Assembly (NCBI GenBank): GCA_040881665.1
Contig: JBBECT010000005.1
Span: forward strand, 76,138-140,137
Length of the DNA: 64,000 bases
DNA from: Actinomycetota bacterium
GTDB taxonomy: Bacteria > Actinomycetota > UBA4738 > HRBIN12
Direction: 5' to 3'
The notes below the pieces were generated by a model. It saw only the letters and a list, made by a program, of their open reading frames with translations, did not search any database and was not told the DNA's origin. Shown piece after piece: positions 7,288-18,167 of the stretch. How positions within the stretch are numbered: position 1 is the stretch's first letter; the number at the start of each line of letters is the position of its first letter. A program made the position numbers and the translations under genes.

Positions 7288-8952
7288 CTACCGGAACGAC
7301 GGTGCCTCGTACACGACGTCGCCTTCGACGAGCGTGAGCTCGACGGAGGCCTCCGAGATGTGCTCGTCCCCCTCCTCGAACAGATCGCGGTCCAGCACGG
7401 CCAGGTCGGCGAGCTTCCCCTCGGTGATCGTGCCGGTCTGCTCGTCGAGATGGTTCACGTACGCGGTGCCGAGCGTGAACGCCTCGACCGCCGCGGCCAG
7501 GGAGATCCGTTCCTCGGGCAGGAACGGCTCGGACTCGAGCGGATCGTCCGAGCCGTACGGGTAGTCGGCCGGCTGCATCCGGTTGACGGCGACGTGGATC
7601 TCCTCGAGCGGATCCGGGCTCGAGACCGACCAGTCGCTGCCGAAGGCCAGTCGAGCGCCCGAACGCAGCAGGCTCCCGAAGGGGTACTGCCACGACGCGC
7701 GGGGTTGGCCGAGGAACGGGATCGTCAGCTGACTCATCTGCGGTTCGTACGCGGCCCACAGCGGCTGGCCGTTCGCGACGGCACCGAGCGCGGCGAACCG
7801 AGGGATGTCGTTTGGGTGCACGACCTGGATGTGGGAGATGTGATGGCGGAGGTCCGCCGAGCCGGCGACATCGGAGGCCGCCTCGATCGCGTCGAGGCAT
7901 TCGCGGACGGCCCGGTCGCCGATCGCGTGGAAGTGTGCCTGGAAGCCGGCCTCCGCCAGCGCCCGGACGTAGCCCTTCAGCCGTTCGGGGTCTACGAAGC
8001 TCTTGCCCCGCTCGCTGGTTGGGGTGCCATCGCTGCCGAGGTAGGGGTCGAGCATCCCGGCCGTGAAGTTCTCGCACACGCCGTCCTGCATGATCTTCAC
8101 GCTCGTGGGCGCGAACCGACCCACCGAGCCCGTCGTTCGACGCTCGATCAGACCGTCGATCTGTTCGATGCCCAACGAGCGCTCCCACCACAGCGCACCG
8201 ACGACCCGCGCGGTCAGCAGGCCCCGCTCGGCTGCGGTGCAGTGAGCGGTGAACGAGTCGTACGGCCCTCCGACGATCGCGTCCTGCCAGGCGGTGATAC
8301 CGAGCGAGTGCAGATGGGCCTGCGCGGTGAGGAGCCCCTGGAGCCACTGCTCGTCGGTGATCGCCGGAAGGAGCTTCCCTACGAGGTCGGTCGCACCTTC
8401 CTGGAGCGTGCCGACCGGCTCGCCGGTGCCATCGCGCTCGATCCGGCCGTCCTCCGGATCGGGGGTGTCGCGCGTCACACCGGCCAGCTCGAGCGCGCGA
8501 GTGTTCACCCACGCCCCGTGTCCGTCCCGGTTCGGGAGATACACGGGGCGGTCCGGCACGATCGCGTCGAGCTCCTCCTTCGTCGGGATCCCGCGGGGGA
8601 ACACGTCCATCGACCATCCGCCCCCCCGGATCCACTCTTCGTCCGGATGCGCGGCGGCATAGCGCGCGATGATCTCCCGGTACTCGGCGATCGAATGCGC
8701 CTCGGACAGATCGCAATTGAGCATCTCCACACCGCTCGGCGCGGGATGGACGTGGGCATCCTGGAAACCCGGCAGCAGGGACCGGCCGCGAAGGTCGTGG
8801 ACCTGGGTCGTGGCGTCGACGTGGGTTCGGATCTCGTCGTCGGTGCCGACCGCGACGATCCGTCCCCCGGAGATCGCGACGGCCTCGGCGCGCGGTCGCC
8901 CCGGGTCGACGGTCCAGATCGCCCCGGACACGAACGCGAGATCTGCAGGCAT
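7288..8952 (-). CDS. Amidohydrolase-3 family metal-dependent hydrolase (YtcJ-like)
   Basis: 554 aa with an ATG start. Amidohydrolase motifs (HVHP, HAIGD, FGSDW). Confidence 0.8.
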   Translation of the reverse strand: MPADLAFVSGAIWTVDPGRPRAEAVAISGGRIVAVGTDDEIRTHVDATTQVHDLRGRSLLPGFQDAHVHPAPSGVEMLNCDLSEAHSIAEYREIIARYAAAHPDEEWIRGGGWSMDVFPRGIPTKEELDAIVPDRPVYLPNRDGHGAWVNTRALELAGVTRDTPDPEDGRIERDGTGEPVGTLQEGATDLVGKLLPAITDEQWLQGLLTAQAHLHSLGITAWQDAIVGGPYDSFTAHCTAAERGLLTARVVGALWWERSLGIEQIDGLIERRTTGSVGRFAPTSVKIMQDGVCENFTAGMLDPYLGSDGTPTSERGKSFVDPERLKGYVRALAEAGFQAHFHAIGDRAVRECLDAIEAASDVAGSADLRHHISHIQVVHPNDIPRFAALGAVANGQPLWAAYEPQMSQLTIPFLGQPRASWQYPFGSLLRSGARLAFGSDWSVSSPDPLEEIHVAVNRMQPADYPYGSDDPLESEPFLPEERISLAAAVEAFTLGTAYVNHLDEQTGTITEGKLADLAVLDRDLFEEGDEHISEASVELTLVEGDVVYEAPSFR

Positions 8953-8994
8953 CGCGAGAGGATACCGCCGCCGCGCTTCCTCCGGCGCGTCTCC

Positions 8995-10590
8995 TCACGC
9001 GAGGGCGACGAGATCGAGGAGATCGTCGCTCCAGTGATCGATCGTTCCGTCGGGCATGAGCAGCACACGTGACGGAGCAAGCTCTCGGACGAACTCGACA
9101 TCGTGGCTCACCAGGAGCATCGCTCCCGGCCAGGTCGACAGGGCGGCCCCCACGGCTGCGCGGGAGGGCGGATCGAGGTTGTTCGTCGGCTCGTCGAGCA
9201 GCACGAGGTTCGCGCGACCGGCGACCAGTTGGGCGAGCGCGAGCTTCGTCTTCTCGCCACCAGAGAGGGTGCCGGCGTCCTGGAAGGCAACCGCGCCCGT
9301 CAGTCCGAACATCCCCAAAAGCGCGCGCAGGTCCTGATCGCTCGCCTCCGCTCCCCTCCTGAGATGTGCGAAGACCGACTCGCCCTCGTGGATCCCCTCG
9401 TGTTCCTGGGCGTAGTAGCCGAACGTTACGCCGGGCCCGAGCGAGAAAGAACCGGCGTCGGGATCGCTCTCCCCGGCCAGGATCCGCAGCAGGGTGGTCT
9501 TGCCCGCTCCGTTGAGCCCGAGCACGAGCAGGCGCTCCCCGCGTCCGAGGTCGAACGAGACGTCCCTGAACACCGGGGGCCCTCCGTAGCCCTTCGTTAG
9601 CTCGCGGACGTCGAGGACCCGCTTGCCGCTGTGCGGAGGTGGTGGGAACCGGTACGCGACCGACCGCTCACGGCGCGGACCCTGGACCTGTCGCTCCCGG
9701 AGCTTGGCGACGCGGGTGTCGAGGGTCTTGGCCTTGCGCGCGCGCTTCGCGGTCTGGCCGCGCATCGAGTCGGCGAGCCGCGAGAGTCGCTCCACCTCGG
9801 CGGCCTGGCGCGAGGCCAGCTTCTCGAGTCGCAGCTCGTCGGCCGCGCGGGCGGTCCGGTACTGCGAGTAGGTCCCCTTGTAGGTCACGACCCCGTCGTG
9901 GTCCAGGTGCAGCACGCGCGTGATCGATCGGTCGAGCACCGCGATGTCGTGACTCACGACCAGCAGGCCGCCGCCGTAGGTCGCCAGGAATCCCATGAGC
10001 CACTGCTTCGCGTCCACGTCGAGGTGGTTCGTCGGCTCGTCGAGCAGCAGCAGGTCGCTGCCGCCGTAGAGGATCTTCGCGAGCTCGAGGCGCCGGCGTT
10101 CTCCACCGGAGAGCGCGTCGACCGGCAATCCGAGGCGATCCTGCGGCAACCCGAGTCCCGTCGCGATCCGCGTGGCCTCCGCTTCGGCCGCGTACCCTCC
10201 GAGAGTCGCGAAGCGTTCCTCGAGCTTGGCGAAGCGCGCGACCGCCTCGTCGGTGTGGTCCTCCTCCAAGGCGAGCCGCTGTTTCTCGACGCGGGTCGCG
10301 AGCTCGTCGATCCCCCGAGCCGCCAGGATGTGCGTGAGCCCGGTCGCACGATCGTCGGCGCGATGGTGGCGAGGGTCCTGGCGCAGGTAGCCGAGCGCTC
10401 CGCGGATGCGGACCGTTCCTCGGGCCGGGGGGTCCTTGCCCGCCAGCACACGGAGTGTGCTCGTCTTCCCGGCGCCGTTGCGGCCGACGACACCGACCTT
10501 CTCCCCCGCGGTAACGGTGAGGTCGAGCCCCGACACGACGGGGCGCCCGGCCACCACCACGGTGAGGTCACGGACCTCGAGAGTGCTCAT
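8995..10590 (-). CDS. ABC-F family ATPase (two tandem ABC domains, no TMD; Uup/EttA-like)
   Basis: 531 aa with two Walker A motifs (GRNGAGKTS, GLNGAGKTT), two LSGGE signatures and a charged linker between them. Confidence 0.85.
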   Translation of the reverse strand: MSTLEVRDLTVVVAGRPVVSGLDLTVTAGEKVGVVGRNGAGKTSTLRVLAGKDPPARGTVRIRGALGYLRQDPRHHRADDRATGLTHILAARGIDELATRVEKQRLALEEDHTDEAVARFAKLEERFATLGGYAAEAEATRIATGLGLPQDRLGLPVDALSGGERRRLELAKILYGGSDLLLLDEPTNHLDVDAKQWLMGFLATYGGGLLVVSHDIAVLDRSITRVLHLDHDGVVTYKGTYSQYRTARAADELRLEKLASRQAAEVERLSRLADSMRGQTAKRARKAKTLDTRVAKLRERQVQGPRRERSVAYRFPPPPHSGKRVLDVRELTKGYGGPPVFRDVSFDLGRGERLLVLGLNGAGKTTLLRILAGESDPDAGSFSLGPGVTFGYYAQEHEGIHEGESVFAHLRRGAEASDQDLRALLGMFGLTGAVAFQDAGTLSGGEKTKLALAQLVAGRANLVLLDEPTNNLDPPSRAAVGAALSTWPGAMLLVSHDVEFVRELAPSRVLLMPDGTIDHWSDDLLDLVALA

Positions 10591-10684
10591 ATCTCCACGC
10601 TAACCGGTGCGTCGCCGGGGAACGCGGAAGGGGCGGCCCGGAGGCCGCCCCTTCGCTCGTGCTCAGCTCGAGATGCCGCTCAGA

Positions 10685-11164
10685 TCAAAGGGGGCATCCG
10701 AGGTTGTTCGCGGCGTCCAGCTCCGCGGCGAGCTCCAGGTACGCGGCACGGTTCTCGGTCGCGAGCGTGTCGCGGATCCACGTCTGGAGGTTGCCCGGCT
10801 CGTCGAACCTCCGGTACGGGTACCCCACGCCCTCGTGCGCAGCGTTGAGATACGCGGCCACGACGGCCCGGAACAGGACCTTGGCAGCACCCGAGAGACC
10901 GGTGCCGCCCTTGAAGCTCAGAGCTTGCTCGAACGTCTTGCCGTTCAGGTCGGACAGCGACGCAGGGATGTCCCAGTTCTGGTTCCCCAGCTTGGACCCG
11001 GGCGTGTACTCCTCCCAGTTGTCCGTGTGGTTCTTCCAATAACCGGGCGTGCAGCCCTCTTCGCCGATGTTCACGGCGCCTGCCGACGGCATCAGACCGA
11101 CGAACAGACCGGCCGCGAGCGCCACCGAAACCAGCGCTCCGACGATCCGACGATGCTTGGGCAT
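10685..11164 (-). CDS. Small secreted protein of unknown function (signal peptide, 2 Cys)
   Basis: 159 aa, ATG with an AGGAGG SD. N-terminal signal peptide (MPKHRRIVGALVSVALAAGLFVGLMPSAGA). No recognisable family. Confidence 0.5.
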   Translation of the reverse strand: MPKHRRIVGALVSVALAAGLFVGLMPSAGAVNIGEEGCTPGYWKNHTDNWEEYTPGSKLGNQNWDIPASLSDLNGKTFEQALSFKGGTGLSGAAKVLFRAVVAAYLNAAHEGVGYPYRRFDEPGNLQTWIRDTLATENRAAYLELAAELDAANNLGCPL

Positions 11165-11350
11165 ACGGAACCTCCTGTAGCTCGGGGAACGATCCGACCT
11201 GCGAGATGCTACGTAGCCCCGGGTGATGCCACAACGGGCCCCGTCCCTAGGTCGAAGGACCTAGACACGGAGATGCCGTTCCCTCGCACGCGTATGCGGC
11301 AGGTGGATGTTCCGATATTTCTCGAGCGGAACGCGCTCCGAGTGGAGAGC

Positions 11351-11659
11351 TCAGGCAGGATCACTGCTGAAGAGGTGGAGCAGGTCCATCTCCACCCGGG
11401 TCGGGGGTTCGGCGAGTAGCGGTCCCACGGCGTCGTTGAACGAGGCGAACTCCGGATCGCTGTTGACGGCGTCTGCCGCGGGGCGGTCGGTGAAGACCCC
11501 GATCCCGCGGACGGTGCCGCTCCCCTGGTCCCCGAGGACGAGTACGGACTCGAGTGCCTCGTGCGTGCTGAGGAACTCGGCCGTGAAGACCGAGTAGAGG
11601 TCGGCAACTTCTCGGTAGTGGCCCGGCTTGGCGTGCAGCGTGAACTCGGCGCAGTACAT
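11351..11659 (-). CDS. Small cytoplasmic protein, possibly ABM/Dabb-like (weak assignment)
   Basis: About 102 aa from the internal ATG (MYCAEFTLHAKPGHY...). A hairpin (CTAGGTC-GAAG-GACCTAG) lies downstream. Confidence 0.35.
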   Translation of the reverse strand: MYCAEFTLHAKPGHYREVADLYSVFTAEFLSTHEALESVLVLGDQGSGTVRGIGVFTDRPAADAVNSDPEFASFNDAVGPLLAEPPTRVEMDLLHLFSSDPA

Positions 11660-11734
11660 GTGTTCGGCTCCTTCGGGTCGCGGGTCGATCTTCGTTCCCG
11701 CACACATCGACCCGAAGAGCCGGACCCTGAAGTA

Positions 11735-11822
11735 AGTGGTGTCGGAGGGGGGATTTGAACCCCCACCCTCTTGCGAGGACTAGGCCCTCAACCTAGCGCG
11801 TCTACCAAATTCCGCCACTCCG
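11735..11822 (-). tRNA. tRNA-Leu (anticodon GAG), 3' CCA encoded
   Basis: Cloverleaf read by eye: acceptor GUCGGAG/CUCCGAC, anticodon arm CUAGG-UUGAGGG-CCUAG, long variable arm, T-arm GGGGG-UUCAAAU-CCCCC. Confidence 0.85.
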
Positions 11823-11882
11823 ACGTGCAGCGATGGGGAGTCTAGCAGCGGGGTGCGGACGGCCTGGAGGTCGGATGCGGTC

Positions 11883-12113
11883 CTAGCGGGGGGTCCACTG
11901 CCAGGACAGGTAGAAGGTGCAGAGCCCGAACACGATCGCGGAGATCACCGTCAAGCGGTCGAGGCGCTTCTCGAGCGACGTGCCCCCCGACAGGGTCGAG
12001 GTGCCTCCGAACATGTCCGACAGACCGCTCCCCTTCCCGGAGTGCAGCAGGACGAACACGATCAAGAAGAGAGCGGTGATGACGTCGATCACGACGACGA
12101 TGGCGGTCAGCAT
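11883..12113 (-). CDS. secG: Preprotein translocase subunit SecG
   Basis: 76-aa product from an internal ATG (MLTAIVVVIDVITALFLIVFVLLHSGKGSGLSDMFGG...), a typical SecG sequence. The N-terminal ORF extension is Pro/Arg junk. Confidence 0.8.
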   Translation of the reverse strand: MLTAIVVVIDVITALFLIVFVLLHSGKGSGLSDMFGGTSTLSGGTSLEKRLDRLTVISAIVFGLCTFYLSWQWTPR

Positions 12114-12124
12114 CGTCGATGATT

Positions 12125-13183
12125 CTACCCGGGCCCGGCGGGGTCGACGATGATCGGGCCCTGCAGCGGGAAATGGCAGGCGGCGACCTGACCCGGGTTC
12201 CGCGGCTCCAACTCGGGTTCGACCTCCGCGCACGTCGGGAACTGCGCGTTCGGGCACCGGGGGTGGAACCGGCACCCCGAGGGTGGATCGATCGGTGACG
12301 GAACGTCTCCTTCGAGCACGATCCGCTTCTTGACCAGAGCCAGGCGTGGATCCGGGACCGGGACCGCCGAGAGCAGCGCGCCCGTGTACGGGTGCTTCGG
12401 GGTCGCATACAGGGTCGCGCTGTCGGCCAACTCGACGATCTTGCCCAGGTACATCACTCCGACCCGGTCCGACATGTGCCGTACCACGGCGAGGTCGTGC
12501 GCGATGAACAGGTAGGTGAGGGCGAGGTCACGTTGGAGATCTTCGAGGAGGTTGAGTATCTGCGCTTGGATCGAGACGTCGAGTGCCGACACGGGCTCGT
12601 CGCACACGATCAGCTTCGGATTGAGGGCGAGCGCACGCGCGACGCCGATCCGCTGCCGCTGGCCCCCGGAAAAGGCCAAGGGATACCTGTTGTAGTGCTC
12701 GGGGTTGAGACCCACGAGCTCCATCAACTCCTGGACCCGCGGCTTGACCCCGTCGCCGGTGATCGTCTTGTGGATCTTGAGCTGCTCGCCGATGATCGTT
12801 CCCACGGTCTTGCGCGGGTTCAGCGACGCATAGGGGTCCTGGAACACCATCTGCATGTCGCGACGCAGCTCACGAAGCCCTCCACCGGCCAGCTCGGTGA
12901 TGTCACGGCCCTCGAACCAGATCCGCCCCTCCGTCGGGTCGTACAGGCGCATCAGCACCCGAGCGAGCGTCGACTTGCCGCACCCTGTCTCACCGACCAG
13001 TCCGAGGGTCTCGCCCGGGTAGATCTCCAGGTCGACCCCATCCACGGCGTGCACCGCTCCGATCTGCTTCTGCCTGATGATGCCGCGCCTAATCGGGAAG
13101 TGCTTCTTGACGCCCTCGAGCTTGATCAGTGGAGTTCCGGTCTGCGGCGGCGGAACGCGTTGTGCGCCGGTGACGGTGCTCAT
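12125..13183 (-). CDS. oppF: Oligopeptide/dipeptide ABC transporter ATP-binding protein (OppF-like)
   Basis: C-terminal 353 aa of ORF 12125..14266, from [12 protein letters not shown]. Walker [18 protein letters not shown], and the C-terminal oligopeptide-family extension. The ATG overlaps the oppD stop (ATGA). Confidence 0.85.
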   Translation of the reverse strand: MSTVTGAQRVPPPQTGTPLIKLEGVKKHFPIRRGIIRQKQIGAVHAVDGVDLEIYPGETLGLVGETGCGKSTLARVLMRLYDPTEGRIWFEGRDITELAGGGLRELRRDMQMVFQDPYASLNPRKTVGTIIGEQLKIHKTITGDGVKPRVQELMELVGLNPEHYNRYPLAFSGGQRQRIGVARALALNPKLIVCDEPVSALDVSIQAQILNLLEDLQRDLALTYLFIAHDLAVVRHMSDRVGVMYLGKIVELADSATLYATPKHPYTGALLSAVPVPDPRLALVKKRIVLEGDVPSPIDPPSGCRFHPRCPNAQFPTCAEVEPELEPRNPGQVAACHFPLQGPIIVDPAGPG

Positions 13184-14196
13184 CGGGGCGTCATGACCTC
13201 CTCGCCGAGGATCCGCTCCTTCTCGGCGAGGGTGAGGTAACACGCGTCCGCGTGGTGCCCGTCCGTCGGTACCAGCGACGGCACCGATCCGGCGCAGGGT
13301 TCGAAGCGATACCGGCATCGAGGATGGAACGCGCACCCGGGCGGCACCTGGATCAGCGAGGGCGGGCGACCGGCGATCGGAACGAGCCGCTCGGCGTCGT
13401 CGGTCAGGCGCGGGATCGAGTTCAGCAACCCCCACGTGTACGGATGATGTGAGCGGTAGTAGATGTCGTCGCGATCGCCGAACTCGACGATCTTGCCCGC
13501 GTACATCACGGCGATCGCGTCGCAATGTTCGGCGACGACGCCGAGGTCGTGGGTCACGATCACGACCGCCGTCCCGAGCTCGTCCTGGATCGCGTCGATC
13601 AACTCGAGGATCTGCGCCTGCACGGTGACGTCGAGGGCCGTCGTCGGCTCGTCGGCGATCAGCAGGGCGGGCCGCAGGGCGAGCGCCATGGCGATCATCG
13701 CCCGCTGCCGCATCCCCCCGGAGAACTCGTGCGGGTAGTGGCGGGCGCGCTCCTCCGGTTTCGGGATGCCGACGAGTTCCAGCATCGATACCGCCTCGCG
13801 CCGCGCCTCGGCCTTCGAGATCGAGCGATGGGCCCGGTAGACCTCCGCGATCTGGTCGCCCACGCGGTGCACGGGATTCAGTGCCGTGAGCGGGTCCTGG
13901 AAGATCATCCCGATCTGGCTGCCGCGCAGCTTGCGGAACTCCTCGGGGGGCAGCTGAAGGAGATCCTCGTCGCGGAACAGGATCTCGCCGTCGACTTCCA
14001 CGTTCGCCTGGTCCCGGTTCACCAGGCCCATGACGGTCTGAAAGGTCACGGTCTTGCCCGATCCCGACTCCCCCACGATGCCCAGCGTCTCGTGGGGACC
14101 CACCGACACCGACACTCCGTCGACGGCACGTACGACCCCGTCGTCGGTGTCGAAACGAACCGCCAGGTTCCGGATGTCCAGCAGCGGAGCGCTCAC
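13180..14196 (-). CDS. oppD: Oligopeptide/dipeptide ABC transporter ATP-binding protein (OppD-like)
   Basis: Walker [17 protein letters not shown], and C-terminal CAFHPRC. Probable GTG start overlapping the oppC stop (GTGA). Confidence 0.85.
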   Translation of the reverse strand: MSAPLLDIRNLAVRFDTDDGVVRAVDGVSVSVGPHETLGIVGESGSGKTVTFQTVMGLVNRDQANVEVDGEILFRDEDLLQLPPEEFRKLRGSQIGMIFQDPLTALNPVHRVGDQIAEVYRAHRSISKAEARREAVSMLELVGIPKPEERARHYPHEFSGGMRQRAMIAMALALRPALLIADEPTTALDVTVQAQILELIDAIQDELGTAVVIVTHDLGVVAEHCDAIAVMYAGKIVEFGDRDDIYYRSHHPYTWGLLNSIPRLTDDAERLVPIAGRPPSLIQVPPGCAFHPRCRYRFEPCAGSVPSLVPTDGHHADACYLTLAEKERILGEEVMTPR

Positions 14197-15263
14197 GCGT
14201 CCCGCCGCTTCTTCCGCTTCCGGCGCTTGCTCCCGACGGAGGCCGCCCCCTGCGGATCGAAGGCATCCCGCAACCCGTCGCCCAGGAAGTTCACGCAGAT
14301 CACCGTGATCAGGATCGCGAGGCCGGGGAAGATGATGAGCCACGGGGAGGTGACCATCGAGTTCTGCGCGTCATCCAGGAGGTTGCCCCAGGTCGGGGTC
14401 TGGCCCTGGATCCCGTACCCGAGGTAGGACAGCACCGACTCGGTGAGGATCGCGACGGCGACGCTCAGCGTCGTCGCGACGACGATGGGGCCCATCGCGT
14501 TGGGGAGCATCTCGCGGACGATGATCCGGCGATTCGTGGCCCCGGAGGCGTGCGCCGCCTCGACGAACTCCTTCTCCTTCATCGAGAGGAACACCCCCCG
14601 GATGATCCTCGCGTCGACCATCCAGAGGAACAACGCGAGCACCCCCACGATCCCGAGCACCGACCCCCCCACGATCGCCGAGCCGAGGATCAACACGATG
14701 ATGAGCGGGATCGACAGGAACAGGTCGGTCAGCCGCATCAGGAAGTTGTCGGTCCGTCCTCCGTAGTAGCCGGCGACCGCCCCCACCGCGATGCCGATCG
14801 CGGTCGCGAACAAGGCAACGGCGAATCCTACGAACAGCGAGATCCTCCCCCCGTAGAGGACACGTGTGAACTGATCGCGCCCGAGGGTGTCGGTCCCGAA
14901 CGGATGGCTCCAGCTCGGGCCCTGACGTGCCGCCGTGAGGTCCTGGTCGGTGAACGCATAGGGCGAGATCAAGGGCGCGAAGACCGCCGCGAGGATGATC
15001 AGGATGAGCACGATCGCGCTGCCCATCGCGAGCTTGTGCCGGCGGAACCGGCGCCAGGCGAGCTTGCCCTGCGACATCGTCGCGATCTCGCCCGTCTCGA
15101 CCGGCACCTCATCGACGTGCCCCGGGACGCCCGATTCCGGGACCCCGACTTCACCGATGTCCGCGATCTCGCGCTGCAAGGCCTGGCCGTGGAACCCTCC
15201 CTCGGCGCTCGCCTGCTGCTCGAGGGCGCGTTGCCGTTCGAACTCCCCCCTCGCGTCAGGCAT
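14193..15263 (-). CDS. oppC: Oligopeptide ABC transporter permease (OppC-like)
   Basis: Multi-TM BPD_transp_1 permease with a Lys/Arg-rich C-tail. Start ambiguous between 15263 and 15290. Confidence 0.8.
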   Translation of the reverse strand: MPDARGEFERQRALEQQASAEGGFHGQALQREIADIGEVGVPESGVPGHVDEVPVETGEIATMSQGKLAWRRFRRHKLAMGSAIVLILIILAAVFAPLISPYAFTDQDLTAARQGPSWSHPFGTDTLGRDQFTRVLYGGRISLFVGFAVALFATAIGIAVGAVAGYYGGRTDNFLMRLTDLFLSIPLIIVLILGSAIVGGSVLGIVGVLALFLWMVDARIIRGVFLSMKEKEFVEAAHASGATNRRIIVREMLPNAMGPIVVATTLSVAVAILTESVLSYLGYGIQGQTPTWGNLLDDAQNSMVTSPWLIIFPGLAILITVICVNFLGDGLRDAFDPQGAASVGSKRRKRKKRRDA

Positions 15264-16233
15264 AGCGGATCCTGGGGTCGAGCACTGCATACAAGAGGTC
15301 GGCGATGAGGTTGAAGACGATCACGAAGATGACCGTCACCATCAGCCACGCGAGGATCACCGGGTAGTCCCCGAGATCGAACGCGTCCAGGAACATCTGG
15401 CCCATCCCTGGGTAGGAGAAGATCTGCTCCGTGACGATGAGGCCCCCGGCGATCGCGCCGGCGTCGATCGCGAGCTGGGTCGTGATCGGGATCAGGGCGT
15501 TGCGCATCGCGTGATGCAGGATCACCCGCCGCTCCCGGAGGCCCTTCGAGCGCGCCGTCCGCATGTAGTCGCTCTGGAGCACCTCGAGCATACTCGCGCG
15601 GAAGTACCTGCTGTAGATCGCGACGACCTGGACCGAAAGCACGATGACCGGGAGCACGAGGTGCCGCGTGCGATCCAGCAGGTCGAACCCTTCCGGGTTC
15701 GGGGAGGTGACCCCCGCGATGAAGAAGATCGGTTCGTTGGCTCCCACCCATCGCGTGAGCCAGATCCCGAGGACGAGCTGCACGATCAGGGCGAACCAGA
15801 AGACGGGCATCGAGAGCCCGACGAACGCGCCCGTCGTCGCCACGTAGTCGAACTTGGAATAGGGACGCAGCGACGAGTAGAGCCCGATGGCGATGCCGAG
15901 CACGAGGGACACGACGGTCGCCGTGATGCCGAGGACGGCCGAGTTGATCAGCGCGTCCATCAGGTCGCCGGTGACCTCCTCGTTGGAGATCAGCGAGGTG
16001 CCCCATTTGCCGGTCACGAAGTCGCCGAGCCAGGTGAAGTACTGCTCGGGGAGCGACGCGTCGAGGCCGAGCTCGGCCTGGTACTCGGCGAGTTGCTCGG
16101 CTGTGACGCGGGGGTTGGTCCGGAGGGCGGTCGAGGGATCGGTCGTCGCGCGGGTGACCCAGAAGACCAGGATGCTCGACAGGAACAAGACGGGGATCGA
16201 GAACAGCAGCCGGCGGATCACGTATCGGCCCAT
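15256..16233 (-). CDS. oppB: Oligopeptide ABC transporter permease (OppB-like)
   Basis: 325 aa with an ATG start. Typical OppB/DppB N-terminus (MGRYVIRRLLFSIPVLF...). Confidence 0.85.
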   Translation of the reverse strand: MGRYVIRRLLFSIPVLFLSSILVFWVTRATTDPSTALRTNPRVTAEQLAEYQAELGLDASLPEQYFTWLGDFVTGKWGTSLISNEEVTGDLMDALINSAVLGITATVVSLVLGIAIGLYSSLRPYSKFDYVATTGAFVGLSMPVFWFALIVQLVLGIWLTRWVGANEPIFFIAGVTSPNPEGFDLLDRTRHLVLPVIVLSVQVVAIYSRYFRASMLEVLQSDYMRTARSKGLRERRVILHHAMRNALIPITTQLAIDAGAIAGGLIVTEQIFSYPGMGQMFLDAFDLGDYPVILAWLMVTVIFVIVFNLIADLLYAVLDPRIRYA

Positions 16234-16331
16234 CTAGGCTCCCGTTCCCTCCGGCCGGAGGCGGTCCCGTTCCACCTCCGGCCGGTCGCGATGCTGCTCG
16301 ATCGTCGTCTCGCTCCTCGTTCGCGGGCCGG

Positions 16332-18029
16332 TCAACCGCCACCCTCGACCAGATACCACTCGTTCATGTTGAAGAACGAGCCGTAGATCGTGGCGTTCCA
16401 CTCGCCGATCGGACCGGCGATGATGTCGGTCCGCCACGCGGTCAGCTGCGGGAGGATGTACAACGGGACGCCAACGGCCTGCTCGGCGACGATGTCCCCG
16501 ACCTGCTGGGTCAGATCGAGTCGCACGGCCGGATCGGGCTCGCTGTCCGCCTGAAGCATCAACTTGCTGGCTTCCTCGTCGCACCAGAAGTCGGTGTTCT
16601 GCCCGCCCTCGCACGCGAGGATCTCGGTAACGCTCGGCGAGGGAGAGCCACCGAGCGCGTAGTCCGCGATCTGGTACGCGCCGGTGTTCAGCAGGTCACC
16701 GAACAACACCGCGGCGTCGTCGGTCTTGGTCTGCAGGTCGAGTCCCGCTTCCTTCGCCGACTCCTGCAACAGCGCCTGCGTGTCCTCGCGTCGAGCGTTC
16801 CCGGCCGTCGTCGTGTACTCGATCGAGAGCGGTTCGCCGTCCTTCTCGCAGAAGTCACCGTTCGCGACACCGGAGCAGTCGTAGCCCGCGGTCTCGAACT
16901 CGGCCATCGCCTTGGCCGGGTCGAAGGTGAACTCGGCGAAGTCGGTCTGATCGCACCAATCCCCGACACCGGGCACCCAGCCGAAGCAGTTCAACAGCTC
17001 GGTGTCGGGCGCGTTGATCTTGACGAGGGCGTCGACGACGGCCTGCCGGTTGATCGCGTACATGATGCCGCGGCGCACGTTCTCGTCGTCGAGGGGTGGG
17101 GAGTCATGGTTGAAGTGGAGCGCTTCCCAGAACGGCGACCCACCGCCGATCGTCGAGATCGACGGGGTGTCCACGACCTGGTCGGCGATGCTCTCGTTCG
17201 ACGGCTGCGGGAAGATCACCGACACCTCGCCGCTCTTCAGCGAGTTCAGCTCCGTCTCCTGGTTCTGCCTCCGGACGAACGTCACCTCGTCCATCAACGC
17301 AAGGTCTCCCCAGTAGTTGTCGTTGCGCACGAGCGTGAGCTCCTGCTTGTCCCACGACTCGAGCGTCCAGGGGCCGCCCGAGAACGGGATCTCGTCGGTC
17401 ATCTCCTCGGACAGGTCGGGCTTGGGATCGTCGGCGAACGCGGGGAACGCCTCCTTCTGCAAGATGAACTGGAGCCCTCCGCCGAACAGATCGACCCAGT
17501 CGACGTAGACGTCGCTGAACTCGATGGTGAACTCCTTGGGGTCATCGGTCGAGATCGACGTGATCAGGTCGTACCCGCTTCGGCCGATCGCGCCCGACGT
17601 GTTCATGATCGCGCGCCAGGTGAAGTCAACGTCCTCGGAGGTGATCGGGCTCCCGTCGTCCCACACCGCGTCGTCCCGGATCGTGAACGTCACCGAGAAC
17701 GGGTCCTCCGTAACGGTGCCGTCCTCGAGCGTGGGGACCGCCTCGGCCGCGGACGGGACGTAGTTCCCGTTCGTGTCGAGTTCGAGCAGCCGCGGCATCA
17801 CGCCGTACTGGACCGCGTACGCGTACCACGCGGAGAAGGCGCAGGAGGTGATCGGGTTCAGACAGACCATCCACTGCTCTGCCCCGATGACCGCGCTACC
17901 CCCCGTCGTCGGGGTTCCGCCGTCTCCGTCCGCGTCTCCGCCGCCCGAATCACTCGAGCATGCCGCGGCGATGAACGTGACCGTCATCGCGACCGCAACC
18001 AACCGAGCCACGCGCGAATATCGACTCAC
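16332..18029 (-). CDS. oppA: ABC transporter substrate-binding lipoprotein, peptide/nickel family 5 (OppA/DppA-like)
   Basis: 565 aa, GTG start with an AGGAGG SD. Lipobox (FIAAACSSDSG). SBP_bac_5 size. Confidence 0.8.
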   Translation of the reverse strand: MSRYSRVARLVAVAMTVTFIAAACSSDSGGGDADGDGGTPTTGGSAVIGAEQWMVCLNPITSCAFSAWYAYAVQYGVMPRLLELDTNGNYVPSAAEAVPTLEDGTVTEDPFSVTFTIRDDAVWDDGSPITSEDVDFTWRAIMNTSGAIGRSGYDLITSISTDDPKEFTIEFSDVYVDWVDLFGGGLQFILQKEAFPAFADDPKPDLSEEMTDEIPFSGGPWTLESWDKQELTLVRNDNYWGDLALMDEVTFVRRQNQETELNSLKSGEVSVIFPQPSNESIADQVVDTPSISTIGGGSPFWEALHFNHDSPPLDDENVRRGIMYAINRQAVVDALVKINAPDTELLNCFGWVPGVGDWCDQTDFAEFTFDPAKAMAEFETAGYDCSGVANGDFCEKDGEPLSIEYTTTAGNARREDTQALLQESAKEAGLDLQTKTDDAAVLFGDLLNTGAYQIADYALGGSPSPSVTEILACEGGQNTDFWCDEEASKLMLQADSEPDPAVRLDLTQQVGDIVAEQAVGVPLYILPQLTAWRTDIIAGPIGEWNATIYGSFFNMNEWYLVEGGG

Positions 18030-18167
18030 GGGTCCCCTCCTTATGCCCTGGTCGTGCCCCTGGTCTGCACTCAGGTCCCTATCGTCGCAGCGTAACAGCT
18101 ACCCACACGCCGCGCGACGCAACCGCGTCGCTCATTGGTACGCCGGGGCAGAGGGAACGGGATGGTG

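Noticed and set aside
11351-11707. The ORF track's first 'M' of ORF 11351..11707, which I could not reconcile with an ATG/GTG/TTG codon when reading the sequence
   Set aside because: Probably my own indexing error. It does not affect the preferred internal ATG start at 11659.
12125-14266. Single 713-aa ORF that looks like a giant fused ABC protein
   Set aside because: Only the C-terminal 353 aa are a real protein (OppF). The N-terminal 360 aa are junk from the same frame running through oppD, which is encoded in another frame (13180..14196).
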